Shown here: positions 41,128 to 49,462 of the stretch, piece after piece
How the letters are laid out: every line of letters starts with the position of its first letter
How positions within the stretch are numbered: the stretch's first letter is position 1
IMG/VR virus record: IMGVR_UViG_3300035698_019437
Coordinates: 64,001 to 128,000 of that record
DNA: 64,000 nt
DNA from: a virus
Strand: one strand, 5' to 3'
Position numbers and translations under genes: made by a program
The notes under the pieces: generated by a model
Databases searched by the model: none
Told to the model about the DNA's origin: nothing
The model's input: only the letters and a program-made list of their open reading frames with translations

Positions 41128-41884
41128 AATCATTACAGGTGATTCTCTTAAAGTACTTAAAACTATACCAGATGAAGTTGTTTCTTTAACAGTTACATCT
41201 CCTCCTTATTGTTTAAAAATTAAGTATAATTCCTATGAAGATGATATGCCATATGATGAATATATAGATTGGTTAAAATCCATATTTCAAGAGGTTTATC
41301 GTGTAACTAGAAAGGGTGGTCGAATAGCTATAAATATAGATGCTATGACCAACCGACAAGAAGATAAAGATAAAGAATACGTAAGAGCTATATATGCCCA
41401 TCTTTATAACAAGATGAAAGAGATAGGATGGAAATTCCGTACGGAGATATGCTGGTACAAACAGAATGCCGTAGGACGTGCAACTGCTTGGGGTTCTTAC
41501 AAATCTCCATCTAATCCCATTATACGAAGAAATCATGAATATGTGTTGGTATGGTCAAAAGAAGAGTGGAGATTGGAAGGCACAGAGAAGCCTGATATAA
41601 CGGCAGAGGAATTTCAACATTGGACACTTAGTACATGGTTCGTACAACCAGAAACTAGGAATGTGGGTGGTCATCCTGCTCCATATCCTAAAGAACTTGT
41701 TAGAAGGGTTATAAAACTATTTTCCTATCCTGGCGATGTTATACTGGACCCGTTTAATGGCATAGGAACGACTACGCATGTAGCTAAGATGAATAACAGG
41801 AAATACGTAGGAATCGACGTAGATTCTGAATATTGTAAATATACTAGAGAAAGAATGGAAAAGAGTAAGGACTTATTGGCTTGA
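41108..41884 (+). CDS. DNA methyltransferase, N4-C/N6-A beta class
   Basis: TSPPY catalytic motif N-terminal to HPAPYP and LDPFNGIGTT (FxG); likely ATG start at 41108 (MKEYENKII). Confidence 0.92.
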   Translation: MKEYENKIITGDSLKVLKTIPDEVVSLTVTSPPYCLKIKYNSYEDDMPYDEYIDWLKSIFQEVYRVTRKGGRIAINIDAMTNRQEDKDKEYVRAIYAHLYNKMKEIGWKFRTEICWYKQNAVGRATAWGSYKSPSNPIIRRNHEYVLVWSKEEWRLEGTEKPDITAEEFQHWTLSTWFVQPETRNVGGHPAPYPKELVRRVIKLFSYPGDVILDPFNGIGTTTHVAKMNNRKYVGIDVDSEYCKYTRERMEKSKDLLA

Positions 41885-42330
41885 GTGAAGATGAGAATGA
41901 ATTTGACTTAGAATTTTCAGATATGACTCTGATTGAAGCCAAAGGTAACTACGCTAAAGTAGTTGAGATCATGGATGATGAATTTACAGGTGATGTATGG
42001 ATGCTACGTACAGATGTGACCATTGCAACTGATGCTGGTTCTACTTTTATGGTATTGCATTTTTATAATGACGGAAATGTTTATATCTTCAAATATATGC
42101 CATCATCATCTGATATATTCTTTAATACTGATATACAGTATTTATCTTGGTGGATGCAAGATAGTGGCTGGAATGTTCCAAGAGTTCATAAAGAATTGAT
42201 AGATGAAAACATTTATATGTGGAAACAATATTGGGAAACAATGCTAGTAGATTCTGAATATCTAGATGGTATGTTCGGAGAAAGAATTGCAGATTATTCT
42301 GATGAAGAGGACGATGATAGTATAGAGTAA
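41881..42330 (+). CDS. Acidic hypothetical protein
   Basis: TTG start overlapping the MTase stop; fills the gap. Confidence 0.65.
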   Translation: MSEDENEFDLEFSDMTLIEAKGNYAKVVEIMDDEFTGDVWMLRTDVTIATDAGSTFMVLHFYNDGNVYIFKYMPSSSDIFFNTDIQYLSWWMQDSGWNVPRVHKELIDENIYMWKQYWETMLVDSEYLDGMFGERIADYSDEEDDDSIE

Positions 42331-42347
42331 ACATAAGGAGTTACAAA

Positions 42348-43040
42348 ATGCCTATTAAACATAACGAAAAAGATGTCATTATAGATTTTGAGTATAGTGA
42401 AGAACCCGATGATACAGGTACGGTTAGAGGGATTAATAGATTTAAAATACGTTATCATTTTATAGAGAGTTTTGGAGCTACAGTTTCGTTAGCCCCTTAT
42501 AATAATGAATTCAAATCCTTTGACGATAATGGACATAGCTATATATCCATGCCCGCAGAGATGATAGCAGAAATAGCCGATTTCTTAATTAGTAAGGGTA
42601 TGATTGAAGGTAGGGGAATTCCTGTAAAACGTAAACCATATAACACTACCCCAATATCTGATGGGACAAAGAAAAAGACTCCACTTTCTGGTACTAATAT
42701 ATCTGGTAATTTAGAAATTCCTAATCCTCATAATACCGCAACGTTGTCTTCTCCTAAAGTAGAAAAGACTTCGGAATACGAAGCTGAATTGTCTGCTCCG
42801 CTGGTTGAGACAATGGATACTGTTGAGGGAGAACCTATACAAACGTTTTCAGGTGGTGATGACATAGAATATGAAGAAACTGTTGTGGCTCCTGATCCTG
42901 TTCCTCAATTGAGTAGTCCTAGAGTTATGCCAAAAACAAAAGAAGTTAATCCAGCAGTAGCTGAATTGTCTCAAGAGAGAGAAAAAGCTTCTGAAAGAGC
43001 ATCTACCGGGGAAGAACAGAATAAGATAAACAAACGATAA
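42348..43040 (+). CDS. Hypothetical protein with disordered Pro/Glu-rich C-terminal half
   Basis: AAGGAG RBS; low-complexity tail. Confidence 0.7.
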   Translation: MPIKHNEKDVIIDFEYSEEPDDTGTVRGINRFKIRYHFIESFGATVSLAPYNNEFKSFDDNGHSYISMPAEMIAEIADFLISKGMIEGRGIPVKRKPYNTTPISDGTKKKTPLSGTNISGNLEIPNPHNTATLSSPKVEKTSEYEAELSAPLVETMDTVEGEPIQTFSGGDDIEYEETVVAPDPVPQLSSPRVMPKTKEVNPAVAELSQEREKASERASTGEEQNKINKR

Positions 43041-43255
43041 TGGAATACCAATGCAAGACAATATCGATTGAAGTATTACCAATAGGTCATCAAGGCACTA
43101 TATGCCCTTTATGTGACATATGTTCGTCTATGGACTGTTCTAATCCAATTCAGAAGTCTAAGGTTAGCGTTCAAGGCATCACAGAAGAACACAGAACGTA
43201 TATGAGGGGCAAAGAGCCATATTACGTTATAGCATGTCAGGGATTTATAAAATGA
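43040..43255 (+). CDS. Small Cys-rich (putative Zn-binding) protein
   Basis: CPLCDIC...C...C; coupled on both sides. Confidence 0.6.
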   Translation: MEYQCKTISIEVLPIGHQGTICPLCDICSSMDCSNPIQKSKVSVQGITEEHRTYMRGKEPYYVIACQGFIK

Positions 43256-44049
43256 GAAGATTTTCGCTTTCTGATGTTATGAGGTTTAAGGAAGCAAAGA
43301 GAAATGCTTTCCAAAAACAAATCGCGCTGTCCGAAGGACATATAGAGAAGATCAAAAATCATAAGAGTACAAAGATTGTAAAATGGTCTGACTCTCCTAA
43401 AGCATTTGCTTATGTGGATGCTTTATTCCCAGAAGCAGAGGTTGATAAGGTCTGTGTATACTCTCCCGATAGCTCATTGACCAGTAGGCTTGGTTACAAG
43501 GGTATTGGAGGGTTCTTTAGTAGAGTCGATAGATGTATTGTTATACCTAAAGAAAACAAAAGAAAAATCAAGAAGAATAACATTGATATTTGGGAGCAAG
43601 TTAGCGCAAAGGTTTCTTTCGATGAAGTTCTTGTACATGAGTTGTTGCATTATGCATCTAATTGCCAGAAAAAGGGTTTCAGTAGTGTAGAGATGGAAGA
43701 AGAATTTGCATATGGGAATTCCATAGAATATCTACGTAAAAAGAAATATACCGATGAAGATATCATTAATAACAACTTCATGCCATTTTTGATTGCTACA
43801 TTGGACATGAAAAAAATCGTTCAAGGGGTTTTAGCATTTCACGGGTATACGGTATGGGACATGAAGAATTGGTCTGAGGATAAACAGAAACGAATAATAA
43901 AAAAGCATGAAGAAGATATATTTAAGTCAGCTACTACAAAAGCATTTAAAAAAGGTGAAGAACTTATAGGAATATATGCTAGATATCCAGAAGATATAGA
44001 AGTAAAGATTGACGATGGATCAGCTAGGTTCAACTTACTGGATTTATAA
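43252..44049 (+). CDS. Putative zincin-like metallopeptidase
   Basis: GGFF..VLVHELLHY..EEEFAY (HExxH plus downstream E); ATGA-overlap start at 43252. Confidence 0.65.
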   Translation: MRRFSLSDVMRFKEAKRNAFQKQIALSEGHIEKIKNHKSTKIVKWSDSPKAFAYVDALFPEAEVDKVCVYSPDSSLTSRLGYKGIGGFFSRVDRCIVIPKENKRKIKKNNIDIWEQVSAKVSFDEVLVHELLHYASNCQKKGFSSVEMEEEFAYGNSIEYLRKKKYTDEDIINNNFMPFLIATLDMKKIVQGVLAFHGYTVWDMKNWSEDKQKRIIKKHEEDIFKSATTKAFKKGEELIGIYARYPEDIEVKIDDGSARFNLLDL

Positions 44050-44534
44050 TGCTTAAAGTGAATTGGAATCAAATTGATGGATCATATATCTATCTCGATA
44101 GTGATGGATATCTGACATTCAGACCACAGGATGCTAATGGTATACCTAATAAAGGTATCGGTCTTGTAAGCCAAAAAGGGATGTCTGGTATTTCTAAGCT
44201 AGGCTCGTATGGAGTAAATATTGATTTAAGTATAGAAGTATTTGATTCTTCTATGAACCCTATGGTTAGTGTTGATCAAGATGCGGCGTATAATGCTTTG
44301 AAAGTTATACAGGGAAAAAATCCAAATTCAAATTCCATAGAGGGTATAAGTATGGGTGACATAGAGGAATCCCAGTTATTAGAAGTAAAGATGCCAAGTA
44401 ATCCTCCAACAGTTGTTGATGGAAAGCTCGTTCTTGATGCAAATAAAAAAAATGGCAATATAGCGAGTAAAAAAGATTCTAAAGGCTATGAAAAATCTTA
44501 TAAGTTTATTGATATAGAAGATTCAGATACATAA
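44049..44534 (+). CDS. Hypothetical protein
   Basis: Coupled by TAATG at both ends. Confidence 0.65.
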   Translation: MLKVNWNQIDGSYIYLDSDGYLTFRPQDANGIPNKGIGLVSQKGMSGISKLGSYGVNIDLSIEVFDSSMNPMVSVDQDAAYNALKVIQGKNPNSNSIEGISMGDIEESQLLEVKMPSNPPTVVDGKLVLDANKKNGNIASKKDSKGYEKSYKFIDIEDSDT

Positions 44535-44809
44535 TGCCAACATATTCATATAGACATCCAGAAAGTGGTGAAATCTTAGAAGATTTTAGAACCATAAGCA
44601 AAAGAGAAGAACCATTTATAGCTCCCGATGGAGCGGAATGTGAATTCGTTCCATTCTGTCATGGGAAAGCTCCTGAGATAGGCATTGGTAAAAAAGAAGG
44701 ATGGGAACTTGATGAGAAGTTCTATCGAAAGACTAATCCAAAATTTGTAAAATATCGCGATGGCCGAAGAGAACGATATGATCCTAATAAGCATCGTAAA
44801 CAATATTAA
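44534..44809 (+). CDS. FmdB-like (degenerate zinc-ribbon) small protein
   Basis: MPTYSY..P..GE..E N-terminus is typical of FmdB-family proteins, but the CxxC pairs are lost. Confidence 0.55.
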   Translation: MPTYSYRHPESGEILEDFRTISKREEPFIAPDGAECEFVPFCHGKAPEIGIGKKEGWELDEKFYRKTNPKFVKYRDGRRERYDPNKHRKQY

Positions 44810-45168
44810 TGAGATATATACGTCAACAACAATTTATTACAACTGTCACCGATCAAGAAATTAAAAAACACGATGACATAAATAATCTTCTAACTGCTAT
44901 AAGAAACGGAAGTGCAGATATCCATTTAGTCTATGAAGATGCAAGAACGTCTTCTATCATATCCCATAAAAAAACTCGTATTAAAAAAGTGGAAGACGGT
45001 AAAATAGACATTACATCTTTCGGTAAAAGCGGTAGCATCTCTGTCAAAAATATTACTTTTGATAATATCATATCGATTAGAATAGTGACAGATACTGAGA
45101 ATATAATGGTAGATGAAAAGAAGATTACAAGAGCAGATTTACTTGATATAGAAATAGAATCGGAGTAA
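44809..45168 (+). CDS. Hypothetical protein
   Basis: Coupled ORF; no recognised family. Confidence 0.65.
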   Translation: MRYIRQQQFITTVTDQEIKKHDDINNLLTAIRNGSADIHLVYEDARTSSIISHKKTRIKKVEDGKIDITSFGKSGSISVKNITFDNIISIRIVTDTENIMVDEKKITRADLLDIEIESE

Positions 45169-45173
45169 TCAAT

Positions 45174-46487
45174 TTGCAATTCTCTAACTCAAACTTTGTT
45201 CATTGTCATGTACACTCAGAGTATAGTCAGTTCGATGGAATATGTTCTATCAATAAATTGGTTATGAAGGCTAGAGAGATGGGTTTTCCTGCTTTAGCTT
45301 TGACTGATCATGGTTCGGTAGGTGGATGGATTAAGTTTTTGAATGAGTGTAATGCAACGAAAACCAAAAAAGGAGAATCTATTCCTTTTCCAAAAATTAA
45401 GCCTATTCTTGGAAGTGAACTATATGTTTCTAAGGATATGTATGCTCAGAGTAAAAATGAGCAGCCAGAAGGCAGGAAGGGAAACCGTCACTTAGTACTG
45501 CTTGCTAAAAATTGGGAGGGTTACAAGAATCTAGCTAGATTGTCCAATGCGTCTTGGACAAAGGGGGTATATTATAATCCTCGTGTAGATTTCGACTTAT
45601 TGTCGAAACATTCTGAAGGTATTATAGCTAGTTCTGCATGTCTTTCAAGCGTTATAAATGCAAATTTGTTACATGATAGATATGATCAAGCTAAGGCTGC
45701 TTCATCTTTATTTAAAGATATTTATGGTGAAGACTTCTTCTTAGAAGTTATGTATCACGGTATTGATGCTCAACGAGTAATTATAGCTGATATATTTAAG
45801 CTAAGTAAAGAACTGGATATTCCTGTAATAGCTACAAATGATGTTCATTATCTTAGCAAGGCTCAATCCAAATCTCATGAAATTTGGATGTGTATGAAAA
45901 GCGGTGATAATGTTAAATGTATTCATGATACAAAAAGAATCAAGTTCCCGTTCCCAGAAATGTATTTGAAAAGTGCAGAAGAGATGTCAGTTGTATTTGG
46001 GGATTCTCCTCAGATTCTTTTCAACACTCTATCTATAGCGGAAAGAGTAGATGATGCTGATATAAATAAAAACCTCTTTGGTGGTATGAGACTTCCTGTA
46101 TTTCACGTGCCAGAAGAATTTGAAACTTCTTACGACTATCTAAAGAAGTTATCATTAGATGGTTTAAAGAAACTTGGTTGGGATAAAAGCCCACAGCACG
46201 TAGAAGCGTTTGAAGTTGAGATGGAAGATATAAGGATAGCTAAAGAGAATAACGATTATGATTTTGCTACATATTTTCTTATCGTAAGAGATTATATCAA
46301 AAATGCGAAATCAAAGGGGATTCTTTGTGGACCCGGTAGAGGTTCAGGTTATGGAAGTGTTGTTCTAAGATGTATAGGAGTTACATATGGACCAGACCCA
46401 TTAAAGTATGGATTGCTTTGGGAAAGATTCTTGGGTTTTGATAACAAAAGATTTGTTATGGAAAAAGACTTTGGTTTTGAGGAATAA
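45174..46487 (+). CDS. dnaE: DNA polymerase III alpha, N-terminal fragment (PHP domain + start of palm)
   Basis: FVHCHVHSEYS.DG, ALTDHG, GSELY, HLVLLAKN..GY.NL, TNDVHY, GPGRGS..GS, DPLKYGLLWERFL, then stop. Confidence 0.93.
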   Translation: MQFSNSNFVHCHVHSEYSQFDGICSINKLVMKAREMGFPALALTDHGSVGGWIKFLNECNATKTKKGESIPFPKIKPILGSELYVSKDMYAQSKNEQPEGRKGNRHLVLLAKNWEGYKNLARLSNASWTKGVYYNPRVDFDLLSKHSEGIIASSACLSSVINANLLHDRYDQAKAASSLFKDIYGEDFFLEVMYHGIDAQRVIIADIFKLSKELDIPVIATNDVHYLSKAQSKSHEIWMCMKSGDNVKCIHDTKRIKFPFPEMYLKSAEEMSVVFGDSPQILFNTLSIAERVDDADINKNLFGGMRLPVFHVPEEFETSYDYLKKLSLDGLKKLGWDKSPQHVEAFEVEMEDIRIAKENNDYDFATYFLIVRDYIKNAKSKGILCGPGRGSGYGSVVLRCIGVTYGPDPLKYGLLWERFLGFDNKRFVMEKDFGFEE

Positions 46488-46488
46488 T

Positions 46489-46656
46489 ATGCTTCATAAT
46501 GAAATGGCAGATATGTTTGTTATAAAATATAAAGAAGAATTGTCAGAGTTAGTTAAGGATGTGCCTCGATTAAGGTGGACAATAGTTCAGGAATTCAAAG
46601 TAAATTTTCCTACTGCCATGTCGGTGGTGAAACATATAATGGAGAATAACAGATGA
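46489..46656 (+). CDS. Small hypothetical protein (55 aa) between the dnaE halves
   Basis: ATG immediately after the dnaE-N stop with GAGG upstream; ATGA overlap with the next gene. Confidence 0.5.
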   Translation: MLHNEMADMFVIKYKEELSELVKDVPRLRWTIVQEFKVNFPTAMSVVKHIMENNR

Positions 46657-47174
46657 TGATAGATGATTTTATGAGTGATCTAGACTTTTTAAGAATTGCG
46701 TATCGCGTAGCAGAACAACATTCAACTGATCCAAGCACCCAGAACGGTGCCATTCTTGTGAAGAAGTGTTTTGATCCTAATTCCATACAAGTATGGGGCA
46801 TGGGCGCTAACCATTTTCCAGAAGGTGTGAAAGATATTCCCGAGAGATGGGAAAGACCACAGAAGTATGGATATGTAGAACACGCTGGAAGAAACGCTAT
46901 ATACGATGCCGCTAGAAAAGGTTTTGGTACAGAAGATTTAGTAATGTACTGTCCTTGGTTTGCATGTTCTGATTGTGCTAGAGCTATCATACAAGCAGGT
47001 ATTTCAGAAGTTATAGGTCATCAGGATCAACTGGATCGAACTCCTGAGCGATGGATGGAAACGATTGATGTCGCCCTTAATATGCTTAAGGAAGCCGGTG
47101 TTGACTATAGATTTGTCCCTGGCAAAGTTGGTGGAGTAAAGATTACATTTAATGGAGAAATTATTGAGCCGTAA
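46653..47174 (+). CDS. dCMP deaminase-family protein (catalytic HxE reads HAG)
   Basis: S.DPSTQNGA, HAGRNAI, PWFACSDCARAIIQAGI. Confidence 0.88.
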   Translation: MMIDDFMSDLDFLRIAYRVAEQHSTDPSTQNGAILVKKCFDPNSIQVWGMGANHFPEGVKDIPERWERPQKYGYVEHAGRNAIYDAARKGFGTEDLVMYCPWFACSDCARAIIQAGISEVIGHQDQLDRTPERWMETIDVALNMLKEAGVDYRFVPGKVGGVKITFNGEIIEP

Positions 47175-49135
47175 TGTCTGATATTAGAAACGAAATTCTG
47201 AAGCATATAGGTGATGTTGATTCTAAGTCGTGTGATAAGGTTAATATTGAACTTGATATCATGGAAATCACTGATGCTTTAGAAGGTGGAAGCTCTCTAG
47301 AAGTTTTCTATGATATATGGCAAAAGAATCGTCATAGAACAGGAAAAACCAACAACGTAAATAGTTGGACTGCTTATCTATTAGGCATTACGTCTATGAA
47401 ACCTGATGGCGATTTTATGCCTGAACGTAGAGCATTTGCAAGAGCAGGATTTCCTGATATTGATTCTGATTTTGACTATTTCAGAAGAGATGAAGTCTAT
47501 GATTATATTATAGATAAGTTTGGTCGAGATAATGTAGCTAACATAGGAACGTATCAGGCTTTAAAGTTGAAATCTGCTGTTCGTCGTATAGGTAAGGTTA
47601 TTGATATTGCAGGAGCTTATCATAAGGGTAAAGATAAATATACAACTGAAAATGAGAAAAAAGTTTCAGAGATTATCAATTCTTTGCCTTTCCAAGTTGG
47701 TGCAAAACTAAAAATAAAAGACGATAGCGGTGAAACGCAAGAAATAAAATCAATTGAAGATGCATACAAGTACTGTAAAGATTTTAGATATTACATGGAC
47801 AAGTATCCTGATATTCGAAATCATGCTAAGAACATTGAAGGTCTTCTTTCTATATTTGGGAAGCATGCCGCAGGTATTGTTGTTTCTGATGTTCCTTTAG
47901 ACGAAATTGCTCCTGTTAGAACGGCAAGAGGCAATAGTCTTGCAACACAGTTCGTGTTGGATGAGCTAGATCAGATCGGACTTATTAAGTTTGATATTCT
48001 TGCTTTAAGTGCGCTTACTGTAATAGATAGAGCGGTCAGTATGGTTAAAGAAAACTATGGTATAGATATAGACATAGAAAATTTGCCATTAGATGACTCT
48101 AAGACCTTGGCTCTTTACAGGACTGGGAAACTTGCTGGGGTATTTCAAGCTGAAACAAGTGCAATGCAAAAAACTATGATGGATATCAGTATAAATAGAT
48201 TTGAAGACATCATAGCTTCAATTGCGTTGTTTAGACCTGGCCCAATGGATAGTATTCCAGAATATTGTGCCAGAAAAAGAGGAGAGAGAAGTGTAGAATA
48301 TTTTCATCCGTCTATTGAGCCACATGTTAAGAAGTACTTAGAAGGTACATATGGAGTTTTGGTTTATCAAGAGACGGTTATGCAAATATGTAATGCCCTT
48401 GCAGGTTTTTCTATATCCGATGGTTATGTTGTCATTAAGGGTATTGGAAAGAAGAAAGAACATATTATTAAGAAGTTTAGGGGTCAGTTTATAGAAGGTT
48501 GCGTGAAGAATGATGTCCCTAGAGATGTAGCAGAAAAATATTGGGACAAGTTCATTACTCCGTTTGCATCTTATGGATTCAACTTAGCTCATAGTTGTTG
48601 CTATGCATACTTGAGTTATATAACCGCTTATCTCAAAGCAAATTATCCTGACGAATTCATGTGTTCTTTCTTGAACGTAGAAAATGAAAGAAAGAATCAC
48701 GATAAGGTCGCGGTACTTATGAAAGATTTGAAAAATTTCAATATAGAGCTAGGCCCAAAAAGAATTAACTCATGTAGCGTAGATTTTTGTATTGTGAAAA
48801 AGAGGGATGTATCATCTGGTATAGAGAAAACCGTTATATCCCCAAGTATTGCATGTAAGGGTGTAGGGTCAAATAGTGCAGAAGAAATAGCTAAGAATGG
48901 TCCTTATGGAGGTCTTAGAGACTTAGCTACTAAAACCAGTTCTAATATAGTAGATCAAGAAGTAATCAGCAACTTATTCGACGCAGGGTTTTTTGAATCT
49001 TATCTTAAAGATTATAAAAAGAAGAATAAGAAGGCAATGACCAAAGAATTATTGGTTAGTCGATTTGCTTCTATAAGAGAAGATATGAAGAAAGCCGCCC
49101 AGAAGGGCGTAATATCAAAAGACCTATTTGGTTAA
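47174..49135 (+). CDS. dnaE: DNA polymerase III alpha, C-terminal fragment (catalytic PDIDxD, fingers, HhH; no OB domain)
   Basis: FPDIDSDF, GKHAAGIV, GLIKFDIL, GVFQ, ALFRPGP, TYGVLVYQE, FASYGFN.AH, YLKANYP.EF. Confidence 0.93.
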   Translation: MSDIRNEILKHIGDVDSKSCDKVNIELDIMEITDALEGGSSLEVFYDIWQKNRHRTGKTNNVNSWTAYLLGITSMKPDGDFMPERRAFARAGFPDIDSDFDYFRRDEVYDYIIDKFGRDNVANIGTYQALKLKSAVRRIGKVIDIAGAYHKGKDKYTTENEKKVSEIINSLPFQVGAKLKIKDDSGETQEIKSIEDAYKYCKDFRYYMDKYPDIRNHAKNIEGLLSIFGKHAAGIVVSDVPLDEIAPVRTARGNSLATQFVLDELDQIGLIKFDILALSALTVIDRAVSMVKENYGIDIDIENLPLDDSKTLALYRTGKLAGVFQAETSAMQKTMMDISINRFEDIIASIALFRPGPMDSIPEYCARKRGERSVEYFHPSIEPHVKKYLEGTYGVLVYQETVMQICNALAGFSISDGYVVIKGIGKKKEHIIKKFRGQFIEGCVKNDVPRDVAEKYWDKFITPFASYGFNLAHSCCYAYLSYITAYLKANYPDEFMCSFLNVENERKNHDKVAVLMKDLKNFNIELGPKRINSCSVDFCIVKKRDVSSGIEKTVISPSIACKGVGSNSAEEIAKNGPYGGLRDLATKTSSNIVDQEVISNLFDAGFFESYLKDYKKKNKKAMTKELLVSRFASIREDMKKAAQKGVISKDLFG

Positions 49136-49148
49136 TTGGAGAAATTAG

Positions 49149-49454
49149 ATGTCAGAACAAACACGCAAATCTATTATTCATAAGACAATCACTAGAAAAC
49201 TTAGTACCGCAAAATTTGAGAGTCTAGACTTAACTGTTGAATTTGAAGAAGAGGTAGAGTGGAATTCTATTAAAGAAAGACAAGAAAAGTCCGATAAGAT
49301 TACAAAGCTTCTTTTGGTTGATTACACGAAAACAAGAAATGCTGTTTTGGATGTTCTTGGTTTGACAGAAAAGAAAGCGTCTGTAAGCAGCACAGTTACA
49401 ACTAAAAGCAAAGAATATAATGTTCAAGAACTCGGCTTGGACGATTTGAAATAG
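49149..49454 (+). CDS. Small hypothetical phage protein
   Basis: GGAG RBS; TITRKLST..FES motif seen in small phage proteins near replication genes. Confidence 0.65.
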   Translation: MSEQTRKSIIHKTITRKLSTAKFESLDLTVEFEEEVEWNSIKERQEKSDKITKLLLVDYTKTRNAVLDVLGLTEKKASVSSTVTTKSKEYNVQELGLDDLK

Positions 49455-49462
49455 GAGTAAGT

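Noticed and set aside
46420-47460. Split intein or group I intron explaining the dnaE break
   Set aside because: No intein block A after ERFL and no HN-C/S/T before PDID. The gap is fully occupied by coupled ORFs, with no room for an evident ribozyme core. RT-PCR is still needed for formal exclusion.
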